Below are positions 10,746 through 32,237 of a stretch of 64,000 bases of DNA, in pieces. The stretch covers positions 62,001-126,000 of the forward strand of contig QPMI01000162.1 of the NCBI GenBank assembly GCA_004431415.1. Reading direction: 5' to 3'. Made by a program: the position numbers and the translations under genes. Positions within the stretch are counted from its first letter, which is position 1. Every line of letters begins with the position of its first letter. The notes under the pieces are model-generated. The model did not search any database and was not told the origin of the DNA. It saw only the letters and a program-made list of their open reading frames with translations. This DNA comes from Cyanophora paradoxa CCMP329 (lineage: Eukaryota; Plantae; Glaucophyta).

Positions 10746-10850
10746 ATTTATCGATATCATCTTTCTTGTCTTTCCTCGCTGCTTCACACCAAACAAATTT
10801 TATATCATTTATTGGATGCCGCTTCTCTTCATTGTATTTCGTTCGCATCG

Positions 10851-11059
10851 GAGGCGCCCAGAGGCCAGCACCCTCGTAGCTGTCGGTCTAGTCGCAGACC
10901 TTAGCCTCGTGTGCAGCCCCCTGATCGTATACAGGCATCCAATTGTAGTCAACTAGAGTGTACGGCCGGCAGTATATTCATATCAGATATCTCCAGCATA
11001 CGATCCTGATTTAGATCTCAGAGTCCTCCCCGTGCGAGAAATAAGCCGAGTGAGCTAAT
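10851..11059 (+). repeat. Direct repeat B1 (209 bp)
   Basis: GAGGCGCCCAGAGGCC...GTGAGCTAAT, identical by eye to 11253-11461. Confidence 0.95.
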
Positions 11060-11252
11060 GGGTAGTAAAGTAGATTTACTGAGGTTAGCGAGCCGGCTGT
11101 TCGATCGCGAACCCCGATTTCGCAGTCTAAACTTCAAGTCCCGAATTTGATTCAAGTAGTCAACTTGTACTAGCGTACCCATACACGTTTTCGCACGCAA
11201 GCGCGGCGCTCGAGCCGCCTCAATTTCGCGTTTCCCGCCCGCCCTGTCCCTT

Positions 11253-11461
11253 GAGGCGCCCAGAGGCCAGCACCCTCGTAGCTGTCGGTCTAGTCGCAGA
11301 CCTTAGCCTCGTGTGCAGCCCCCTGATCGTATACAGGCATCCAATTGTAGTCAACTAGAGTGTACGGCCGGCAGTATATTCATATCAGATATCTCCAGCA
11401 TACGATCCTGATTTAGATCTCAGAGTCCTCCCCGTGCGAGAAATAAGCCGAGTGAGCTAAT
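11253..11461 (+). repeat. Direct repeat B2 (209 bp)
   Basis: Copy of 10851-11059, separated by a unique 193-bp segment (11060-11252, putative A2). Confidence 0.95.
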
Positions 11462-11559
11462 TATACAAATATCAAACGAACGTTAGCGAGGACGGCTACG
11501 AGGAGTGCTGCACTAGATCTGGATCTGCAGCCGCCGGGACCGGCGTCGACGTCGCGTGC

Positions 11560-14500
11560 CCCCTCAAGAAGCGGCGCCTTGTCTTGGCTTAGAAGTGGCC
11601 GGGGACAGTCCCCGGAGGAACCGCTGGGATAGGGCGGGCGTCAGCTCCTCTGGCAGCGCGAAGTCGATGCAAGCGGGGACTGGAAAGTAAACGAACCGGC
11701 GCCCGGAGCGGCGGGATCTGCGGCGGCGGGGTAGAGGGCCAAAGGCGGCATATGGATCAGCGAGTGGAAAACACTAGAGGGGGAGGAAGGGCGGGCGGCG
11801 CACAGGGCCCAGGGGGGTAGGCCCCAGGGTAGGCAGCGCCAGGTTGCGGGGGATAGGCCCCAGGGTAGGCAGCGCCAGGTTGCGGGGGGTACGCCGCGCC
11901 CGGAGCCGGGGGGTACGCGCCCGGGGGCGGGTACGCGGAGTAAGGGCCTTGCGCGGGGTAGCCGTAGCCGCCCTGTGGAACCGCGGTCGGGGGGTACGCA
12001 GAGGCGTGCGGTGCGGGGTACGCGGATGGGTCGTAGCCCGCGGGGCCGCTGTCAAAGGTGAAGTCGCCGTTGCCATTGCCCCTGCAATCGAGAGTAAAGG
12101 GTAATGATCATGAGCAGCAAGAGGTTTTTAGCGTGCAGATCTAGAACCACTAATTAATAGTTACGCTTACGAGGCCGGTACCCCGGTGGGCTAGATCTAG
12201 ATCTGGAGCTGGAACACTAGGCGGACAGATTTAAATTTGGGCGGTTGCAACGCTGACTCCCGCGCCCAAGCAGGCGCGCGGGGGGCCGGGGCGGCGGGCG
12301 CGGGCGGGCGGGGCGGGGGCGGACCGGCTGAACCGGTCGCGGGGCCCGCGGCGGAGGCAGCACATGCAGCAGGCCGTCACGGACGCCACCGCGAGGCAGA
12401 AGATGCCGACGCCCAGCAGGATGCCCCTGCGTCGAAGCTTAAGCCCGAGAACAGATGCTTGAATTCGAAACTTGAGCATGCGGACCCGATGCGGGCGAGG
12501 TCGCTCGCCGTCGCGCCGAAGAAGAAGGACTGAGCGATACCGGTCGAGGGGCGGCGTCAGATCGAGAGGCGCCAGAGGCGCCCCGTTCTCCATCCGCCCC
12601 TCCAGATCTAAATTTAAATCTAGGCGGCGGTGATTTATTGCTGGAAGGGCAGTGGCAGGTCGCGGTACCGGTCGAGGGGCGGCGTCGGATCTAGACTCTA
12701 GTGAAGGTGCGCCACTTCTCCTTCCTTCGGATAGAAAGAGGACGGATTCAAGGGCCCGAGATCCCGATCTAGATCTAGATCTAGACGGTATTGATTTAAC
12801 GTGGCCAGGGAGGGGCGACGCACGCCGCCGATTGATTTATTCTAGATCTAGATCCAGATCCAGATCGCTCGCCCGCATCTAGATCTGGACCCAGACGGTA
12901 TTACGCTAACGTGGCCAGGGAGGGGCGAAGCACGCCGCCGGATTCGAGTTCAAGCATGAAGGGCCCGAGATCCAGATCTAGACCTAGATCTAGGCGGCGG
13001 TGATTTGACGTGGCCAGGGAGGGGCGACGCACGCCGCCGGTGATGCGGGAGGCGACCACGAGCGGGTCTCGTGCGGAGCGGACCTGCGCCAGCGCGCGGA
13101 GGAGGGGCGAGCCCGTCAGAAACGCGAGAGGGGAAGGGGAGGGGGGAGGGGGGAGGGGGGAGGGGGGGAGGGCGCGCGCCTCAACGATCTCGGTACCCGT
13201 GGGCTCCCACGTGGCGGGCGAGACCTCCTCCATCCTCGTCCACCTGGGGGTACGGCCCCGGCCGGGGAGGGGGGTGAACAAAGGGGGTACAGGGTTAAAA
13301 AAAATTTGCTCGGATAGGTCCGGCCAGGCAGGGAGGGGGTTAAGGGGGTACAGGGTTAGGGGACGCGGACGCACGTCTCGATGGTGTTGTTGAAGCAGGG
13401 GCGGCTGCATGCGCACGAGAGGGAGGGCGCGTCGGGGCGGGGCGGGCGGCGCCGGGGTACGTCAATGGGGCGCGGGCGGGCGAGAAGAGGGAGTAAAGAA
13501 TATTCTGATCAATCGCACGTGGAGCCGGCGACGAACGTGCTCCCGGACGCGTAGTTCACCTGCGGCCCGTTCAAGGTGAGAGGCTTAAAAATCTAGATCT
13601 GGAGCAGAGCAGAGCGGGCGGGCGCGCCTGGACGCAGACGCTGGCGACCCGCTGCGAGCGGAGGCAGCGGCCGAGCGACGCGCGCCACTCGTAGTCGGAC
13701 CCGCCCTTGCTGCACCGCGCCGCCGTTCGTTAGCCTTGCGGCAGGCCGCAGCTGTAGAGTACACGAGGAGGGGGGGGGGTGGCGATGCACTTGCCTGCGG
13801 CAGACTACGAGGGGGTGTGAGAAGAGAAGAATATTTAATGTAAGGGCGGGAAATCCGATGTAAACAGCGGGGCGCACTGGACGCGCAGGACTGAGAGACG
13901 GCCTCGGAGGTCTCGCGGCACGGCCTGCTGACGTCGGTCTGCGTGCTGGGTACCGGAACGAACAAGGAGTCAGAACACTTCGAGCGAGCGAGCGATCGAG
14001 AGAAATTTCGCGGGGACGCCGAAGTCGGCGTTCGATCGACGTCGACGGATTTGGTCGCAGGGAAGTGTGCATCCGAAAGGAAGCGCACTTGGGCCCGGTG
14101 CGGATGGTCTCCGAGTAGGTGAGGGAGGAGCGCGGAACTTCGTCGAGGCGGGTGGGGCGGAAGGTCAGCGAGGGGTACACCGCCGACCCGCCCGGGCCCG
14201 AGACCGAGATCGTGCAGGCGTCCGCGCTCGCGCACTCCCCCGAGACCCTGAAAAAATAGCTCGCGTGAGGTGTACGGATTTAAATGTAGAGGGGGGTACG
14301 GGTCGGTGCGGACGCGAGGGCCTTGGGGCCGGCGGCGAGGAGCGAGGGGAGGGGCGCCTGCTTGCGGGCCGAGGTGTAGTCCGTCCGGATCGACGGGTCA
14401 GAGTCTCCGTTTCGAATCCTCGCAGCGTCGGCTCCCTGGGCCATGCTCAGGATGGCTGACGGGCCGCGGCCGGGGAGGGTTTTAGAGGGCGGCGGGAGGG

Positions 14501-15362
14501 GGGTACGTCGGTGTTTGTGGAGGTGTCGAGTGTGGAGGCCGGCCCCCCTACGCGGAAGGCGGCCGGGGCAAACGGCGCGCGGTGCGTCGTACCCCAGTCG
14601 ACCACGGCCTGCAGGGGAGGGGGGGTGCTCGATTCGAGGGGGGAAGGAGCTGGCGGGGGGTACGTGTACGTGCGCACCTGGTTGTACTCGTTGATGGACT
14701 TGGAGCGGTCGTCGCGGGCAGCGTCCGCGAGGTTGGCCGCCCCCAGGCCGATCAGGATCCCCGCCGCTGCGCAGCGCCGGTCCGACGGTCGGTCCTGGGA
14801 CCCATGGGAGCGGCACGCGCACGTGCGCGCGCGCGGCGGAGCCGCACGCATCCGGATCCCCGCTAAATCAAATTAAATTCTATCCACCTCGAGACCCTGC
14901 CGGCGCGCGTCGCGGCGACAACGGCGGCGGGACGCAAGCCGCCAGCTAGCTGCAGCCGAGCGGGGCTGTGCTGGCACCGCCATCGATATCGCCCCGGCCC
15001 GGCGGCCGGCCGCGGCGTGCGACGGTCGCGGCTCCCGGCCGCGGCGCGCGTCGGCGCAGCTCGGCGGCTGTCCCGGCCCGTCCCCACACTCGCGCGGCGC
15101 CACGCGCGACGTCGACTGCCGCGGGCGCGGCCGCGGCCGGCCGGTGGGCCGGGCCGAACGTCTATAGCCTGAGCCTCGGGCCGGGCAGCAGGCGGGCGGG
15201 CGCGAACCGATGAGGAAGGTGAGGAAGAGGAGCCAGAGCCAGAGCCACGCGCACCAGTGGACCTGGCCGCGGGATCCGCTCAAGCTTCACGGCGGAAATT
15301 ATTTAACGTGCTCGGGCGCGCGCGCGAGGCGAGCGCCGCACTTTGCGGCCGTCGTTCCCCAT
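11560..15362 (-). CDS. Multi-exon two-TM membrane protein with Cys cluster and Pro/Tyr/Gly-rich cytosolic tail (3' end approximate)
   Basis: Spliced reconstruction: MGNDGRK|VHWCAWLWLWLLFLTFLI|AAGILIGLGAANLADAARDDRSKSINEYNQ|AVVDW...|VRSARDPLVVASRITGG|SFFFGATASDLARI|GILLGVGIFCLAVASVTACCMCCLRR...GAAYPPQPGAAYPGAYPPQP. Confidence 0.7.
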
Positions 15363-15884
15363 CTCGACGCGCTCTCGTGCTGCTGCTAACTCGCTAGACG
15401 GCCGCGGCCGCCGAGTCGGCGCCGACGCGACTCGCTGCTATGCTAGACTTGCGCCGCGCGCGGTTGCGCTAGCTCTGATAGTGGCGATGTCGATGATGAT
15501 GAACGGGCTCGGAGCCGCCGCTCGCGCGCTTTCCGCGCGCGCTCTCGGACTAGTGCTAGCACCGGGCGGCGGCGGGCGCCCGCCTCGCGCGCGCGGCGGC
15601 GGCGCGCAATTGCAATGAGCTGACCCCGAACTCGGAACTTCGAATTGATCCGGAAGGTTGTGCGGCGAATAATTCGCGTACCGGTCCAGCGCTCCGCCCC
15701 CTCCAGCGTGCAGGCCTGCGCATGCATGCGCGCAGGCTGCCGCTGCACAGCGGGAGGCCCACTGATCGCGATTCGCGACTGACCGGGGAGCACATGTGCG
15801 ATCCCGGGACCGATCGCGACTGACCGGGGAGCACATGTGCCACGGTGCCACCGTGCCGCGGCGACCCTAGAAGAGAGAGAGCCC

Positions 15885-15890
15885 TATAAA
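15885..15890 (+). promoter_or_regulatory. TATA box upstream of tRNA gene
   Basis: TATAAA at about -37 to -32 from the mature tRNA 5' end, in otherwise GC-rich DNA. Confidence 0.55.
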
Positions 15891-15921
15891 TCCTGTCAGT
15901 TCAGCTAGAAGGAAAGTTGCT

Positions 15922-15994
15922 GGTCGCGTGGCGTAATGGATAACGCGTCAGACTTCGGATCTGAAGATTGAGGGTTCAAGTCCCTTCGCGATCG
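15922..15994 (+). tRNA. trnR-UCG: tRNA-Arg(UCG), intronless
   Basis: Acceptor stem GGTCGCG/CGCGATC, D-arm TGGCGTAATGG, anticodon arm TCAGA-CT-TCG-GA-TCTGA, T-loop GGTTCAAGTCC. 73 nt. Confidence 0.95.
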
Positions 15995-15995
15995 C

Positions 15996-16005
15996 TTTTC
16001 TTTTT
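15996..16005 (+). terminator. Pol III oligo-T terminator
   Basis: TTTTCTTTTT immediately after the tRNA. Confidence 0.7.
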
Positions 16006-16171
16006 CAAAGCCAACCGCTGCGGCCATCCGGTTTTTTTCCTCAGGTTCGCCCTTTTTTTCTCCAGCTCCGTAGTGCCAGGCTGCCAGCTAGATCGAGCTC
16101 AGCGGCTAGCCCTGAAGCCGAGTCTTAGCCGACTGCCGCCGGGGTACGGGGTAGTGTCTAACCGGCTCGAT

Positions 16172-16667
16172 ATGTCCAGCGCCTTCAGCAGCCAGGCCGC
16201 CGCGGCGGCGCTGCCGCGGTTCGCGTTGCGCCCCACTGCCAGCAGCGGCGTGTGCCGCCAGGTCGGGCGCGCGCGCTGGCTGACCGGCGAGCATCCGCTC
16301 GCCGTTGGCTCGCGGGACTTCCAGCCGGCGCGGGTCGTGTTCGAGGTGCTCGCCGGGGCGAAGAAGGGCGGGAAGCGGCCGGCGGGTGGGAAGCGCGCGC
16401 CGGCCCCGAAGAACGCGCCCGCCGCGACCGCGGCCGTGTCGCCTTCGCCGCCCCCGGCGCCAGCTCCGCCCGCAGCAGCAGCGGCACCGGCCCCCGCCCC
16501 GGCCGCCGCACCCGCCCCGCGCGCCGGCGACGCGCTCATCCCGCCGAGGGCCCGGAGGCCCCGGCGCCTTTCTCGAGCGTCCAGCCGAAGCTCGACAAGC
16601 AGGCCATCGCGCGCCTCATCGACTGGATGAACGAGAGCGGCGCCAACCTGACCGAGAAGGCCCGCCG

Positions 16668-16700
<33 letters not shown>

Positions 16701-18896
16701 GCCCGCGCGCCCGCTGACTCGCGGCCGAATCGTCGCGCAGGCTTCCTTTGGGCGCGCGCCGCACAAGCTGCGCGTGAAGGACTCGCACCCGACGCGCGGC
16801 CGCGGTGTGCTCTGCTCCGCCCCACCGGCGCCCGTCGGCGCCGCGCCGACGCTCCGCAGGCCTCTTCGCGCGCCGGGACCTCAGCGCCAACGAAACAGTT
16901 ATCTCCGTGCGCACGTCTCCCGCCCGCCCGCCCGCCGCCCGCCCGCCCGCCCGCCCCGCCGCCCGCCCCGCCCGTCCGCCCGCCCCTCACCCCGCGCCGC
17001 GCCGCCCCGTCAGATCCCATTCCCGCTGGTGCTGCGCCGCGGGCTGGTGGCCCAGTCCGACATCGGAAAGCGGCACCCCGCGCTCGCCGAATCCGGAACG
17101 GCCCCGCCGGGAGTCGACCCCGACCTCGTTTCTATCGCCGCGTTCCTCCTCCACGAGCGCTCCCGGGGGGACGCCGCCTTCTGGAAGGTCCCGTACCCCC
17201 CGCCTCGCTTCGACGTACCCCTCCCCCGTCCGACGCTTTCGGCGCAGCCGTACCTGGACGTGCTGCCGGAGGCGACCGATTCGCCCCTCTTCTGGTCCGA
17301 GGATGAGCTTCGCATGCTGCAGGCGCGTCGGAGCGCGTACCCCCCTCCGGCCCCCCTCTGACGTCGTACCCTGTCGCGCAGGGTACCTCGATCCTTGACG
17401 AGGTCGATCTGATCAACAAGGGCCTGCGAGCCGAGGTCCGCCCCCCTACCACCACGCATGCCCCCCTCCCCCACCCTGAGCGTACCCCCCTTCTCCCCGC
17501 AGTTCGATCGTCTTGAGGCGGCGGCGTTCTCGAAAGACCGCTCCTCTTTCCCCGCCTCTACGCTCACCTTCCAAGCCTTCCGGTGCCCCCCTTCTCCTTG
17601 GACCGTTCGCACGTACCCCTGAACTCTTGCCCCGCCCTCTTCCCTCAAGGGACCTGTACTGCGTACTCCTCTCCCGCTCCATCCCCCTCGGCTCCACCGG
17701 CGGCAACGAGGAGGTACCATACCCCCCCGGCCACTCTCGCGGCCGAGTCGCGTCCCCTCGAACAAACCTTGAGCTCGTACCCCCCAGGCCAATGGCACGC
17801 TCGTCATACCCTACATGGACTTCCTAAACGTGCGCGTAGCCCCTCCCGCACGCGCCCGTACCCCCGCCGACCCGGCGGGACAGCACGACGGGTACAGCAC
17901 CGCGCGGCTGACCGCGAGCAAGGCCGGCGGCTTCCTCTTCGACGTGCCGGTACCCCCCCTCCCCCGCAATCCTCCTCCCGCCCCGCACCCCGTCCCGTTT
18001 CGAGCGCGCCGTACCCCCAGGCGGCAGTGTCGCTGTACCTCGACGGGGCCTTGTTCGATGGGTCGGAGGTGAGTCCCCCCCCCCCCTTTTCCCCGCGCTC
18101 TAACGCCGTACCCCCCCGCAGGTTTACGCGAACTACAACCCGCAGGCGACGTCTCGCTTCATGCTGCTCCACTACGGCTTCATGGTACCCCCCCCCCCCC
18201 CGAACCAGCCGGGGATACAGAACTCGAAGGGGACGCGGAGGGCCCGGCTCGCTTGATTTAGCTCCGAAACTCGTCTCGGTCGCTGGCTAACCCGCGGCAG
18301 ATCTTCAACACGCCCCGTGACACGGTCACCCTTACCCTCTCCCTCGACCCCGAGCGCGTGCGCCCGTTACCCCTCATCCTCCTCCCCCCCCCCCCCCGCG
18401 AAAGACCTCGTACCCGGCCGACCCCTTTTCCTCCTGCCCAGGACCCCCTGTACGACTCCAAGCTAGTCCTGCTGGTCCGCTTCCTCCCCAGCGTCTCTCC
18501 CCTCCCCCCCATTTCTGAACCTAACGCCCCTCTTTTCGGCGCAGCGGAACCTCGGGCTGGGCCCCGACCAGACCTTCGAGATCCTCCTCAACAACTTCCC
18601 CCAGGCCCGCTCCTCAACCCCCCCTTCCGAACCGAGTCTCCGTACCCCCGTTTCCCTTACCGTCGTACCCCGCAGGAGGCGGTGGCGTTCGCGCGGATCG
18701 CGCTGCTCGAGAGCGAGGAGGACCTCGCCGCGGTGCGCCGCCCTGTACCCCTGCGGGGAGGAGGAAAAGGGGGGGGGGGAAGGGCGAGCGTCGGTTGGGC
18801 CCCTGCCGGGGGGTCTCCCCGGAGTGGCGACGGGCTCGAGCCGCCCCCTGCTTCCCCGCCTGCATGCCTCTCCGGACCCTTCGGGGCGCGGAGAGA

Positions 18897-18927
<31 letters not shown>

Positions 18928-19878
18928 CTTCTCCGACCGCCCTCGCACCGCCTGACCGCCGCCCGGCCCCCCCGGTCCCCGGGGGTACAGGCCCGCCGGA
19001 GCTCGGGGGGCGCCCAGATCGTTTCGTTCGACAACGAGATCGCCGCCCACGAGGCGCGCCGTACCCCCTCCCCCCGCCCCCTCCTCGCCCCCCCACCCTC
19101 TCATTCCTGTACCCCAGGTGCTCCTGGAGGCCGTGAAGGGCAAGCTGCGGGCGTACCCGTCGACCCTCCAGGCGGGTCCCAACCCGAGCGAAGCCGCCCA
19201 GCCTCTCCGGCTAACCGTCGACTGCACGCCGTACCCCCCGCAGGAGGACGAGGCTCTCCTGAAGGCGACCGCTCCCGTCGCTGCCAAGGTACCCCCCTTC
19301 TTTCTAAGACATCTGTACCCCTCCGCCGGCCGCGCGCTGCGTCGTGCTGACGAACCCGTACCCCCAGGCGGAGGAGCTGATCCGGGCGGGTATGAGCAAG
19401 TCGGCGACTCTGGCGCTGGATGGGGGGGAGGAGGGCGAGGAGAAGGAGAAGGAGGAGGAGGCGCCAGCCAAGCCGGCGGTCCGCCTCCACCTACTCCCCC
19501 CTCCCCACTTCCCCCCCCCCCCCCCCCCCCCCGGTTGGCGCGCCCCGGTCGCCGACGCTCGCGGGGGGCCGGCTCGGGTCCTGCAGGTGGTGCTGGAGGG
19601 GCGCCGGCGCATGGCCGTTCAGGTGAGCGTCCCCCCGCGTTTCTCGCAGTGGTCAAAGTGAGGGGGGGGTAAGGGATAGCACCGTCGCTCTTCGCGACGC
19701 ATAGATTCAAGTTACTGTCTTACCTCCTCGTACCGTCCTGCCTACCACGTTGGCATAAATATGCCTTGACGCGCCCGGGGCCGGGCGGCAGGCGCGGCGG
19801 GCGGAGCTGCGGATCTGGGAGACGGCCGCGAGCTCCCTCGGGCGCCGCCTCGAATCCCTCGCCTTCCAGCGCGGCTGA
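16172..19878 (+). CDS. Plastid-targeted SET-domain lysine methyltransferase (Rubisco LSMT / SETD3-like), multi-exon
   Basis: Transit-peptide-like start MSSAFSSQAAAAALPRF. Exons GRG|LFARRDLSANETVIS|IPFPLVL, AFLLHERSRGDAAFWK|PYLDVLP...SPLFWSEDELRMLQ|GTSIL, LVIPYMDFLN, NYN...LLHYGF, and last exon ARRAELRIWE...FQRG*. Confidence 0.85.
18895..18927 (+). repeat. (GA)n microsatellite in intron
   Basis: gagagagagagagaga run. Confidence 0.8.
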
Positions 19879-20941
19879 AAGACGTTCCCATAGCTACTGC
19901 TAGTCGTAGGTCTTCCCCAGACAGAAAAGCAGAGAGAAAGCTTAAGACTGACTATCGCGAGCAACACTAGAAGCGGCTTGTTGACCTCTAGACCCCAGGG
20001 GTTGTGAGGGCGCATTACTACGCTGCCAGCTGGGTTGAGGGCCGGCCGGAGCTGCGACTGACATTGCTACTAATACTAATTGGAAACGGGGTAGGGCCCC
20101 CGTTTTCGGTAATCTACAAAATGAGAGTCTGCTCATCTCCCGATCCAGCTCCGAGCTCTTAACCATTTGCAAGTGTTAGTGCATGCGTGAGAGCCCGGAA
20201 TTCGTTGTCAGAACCCGGAAAGAGCGGAATGCTGCGCGGAAAAAAGAACCGGACCCTTTCTTGGAAAAAAACCTTGAAGCTGCTTGTCAACGTCTGACTT
20301 GTAGCGGTTGTGAGCGCGCATTATTGCGCTGGGTCGCGATTAACATTGGTACTAACTAATAAGTTTGCGAGCTGTGGTGAAGGACGCCGCGGGGCCGGGC
20401 GTGCTTGGAGGATAACGACGTATGATCGTGATGCTCTAGCTGTTTGATTTCATGATCATGATCATGATCGTCATCATGATTTTTGATTTGAGATTTCTTT
20501 TGTGACCAAATCATAAATATCTGACTCAGTGATCATGACGCGTACGGGCAGATGGCCGCAGAGGGCCGAGAGGGCGTTCAAATTCGCCCCACGGTACTAG
20601 CCTAGTAGAGTAAGAGGCAGAGATACTAGAAAAAGAACCACACGATAAAAAGAATATACTAGAAGCGACTTGGATAATGACAGGAGGGGCGCTCGCCCCA
20701 CTTAAGCTTACACCGTGGCACTACGAAAACCTACTAGAAAGAAAGCAAAGTTAATTCTATAAAAAGTTGACCACGGATAAAATAACATGCAATAAAAAGC
20801 TTCAGCTTGCTCGTCCGATCATTTGCGCGCACCACTAAGCTATTTCTATACAGCCTCGAGCTCGTGGGCCGAAAAAATCTATATAGCTACGATAATTCTG
20901 CGAGTCCCCTCAAGTGCGAAGAAGTACGAGTCCCCTCCCCC

Positions 20942-31552
<10,611 letters not shown>

Positions 31553-32237
31553 GGTCACCTGCGCGGGAGGCCGCGTTAGCGATGTCGCGTGCATCAGCCG
31601 AAGGCGACTGCGGCCCCGTTCGCGGCCGCGGCGCGACCAGCCGCGCGGCGCGCGCGCGCATGCGCACCGACGCCGGCAGTACGTTTATACGTCTGGAAGA
31701 GGTGCCGACCGTGCCGCTGAAATGCTATGGCTATGATGGTTGATGCTTCAACGGCGCAAACGTTACCGAGCGCGGGTGGAAGGACAGCGCTAGCGCCTGC
31801 TCCGTGGCACCTTCGCGCGGCAGTTGCGGGGCGATTCGGCGCTGGCTGCGTGCACGCTAGCGCTGCGGCTGCTTGCTCGATGGGCGCTGGGGTGCGCGTC
31901 AATTTGCAAGCTGGTGCGCGCGCGCGGCGCCGAATCGAAGTTACGCCGGGAACCTTTGCGGGGCTTCAATACGTGGAGCGCGGAGGGCGGAAGAGGCGGG
32001 TACGCCGATGTCGCCGATTCAACCAGCTAAAGTCGCGGCGGTTAAATCGCGGATAGGGTCAAGCGTTCCCCGCCGTTCCGAGCCCCACCGGAAAAAGGTC
32101 CGGAATCCGGATCCCGAGTCCGGAATTCCGCGGGAGCGCTACCGGGGGGTATACCGTAGTACGCCGCTACCCCCCGGTCCCCGGCCGCGGACCCCGGTCC
32201 GACGGTCCCCCGCTAGGCTGGGGCGGCGCTAGCTATA

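Larger units (their letters stand above)
9666..11461 (+). mobile_element. 3' part of a DIRS-order (Ngaro/PAT/VIPER-like) retrotransposon with split direct repeats
   Basis: DIRS-type RT/RNase H followed by a B1-A2-B2 terminal arrangement. Confidence 0.85.

Noticed and set aside
10851-11461. Tiny LTR element/TRIM or solo LTR pair
   Set aside because: The repeats lack TG..CA ends, PBS and PPT, and follow a DIRS-type RT/RH. A split direct repeat fits better.
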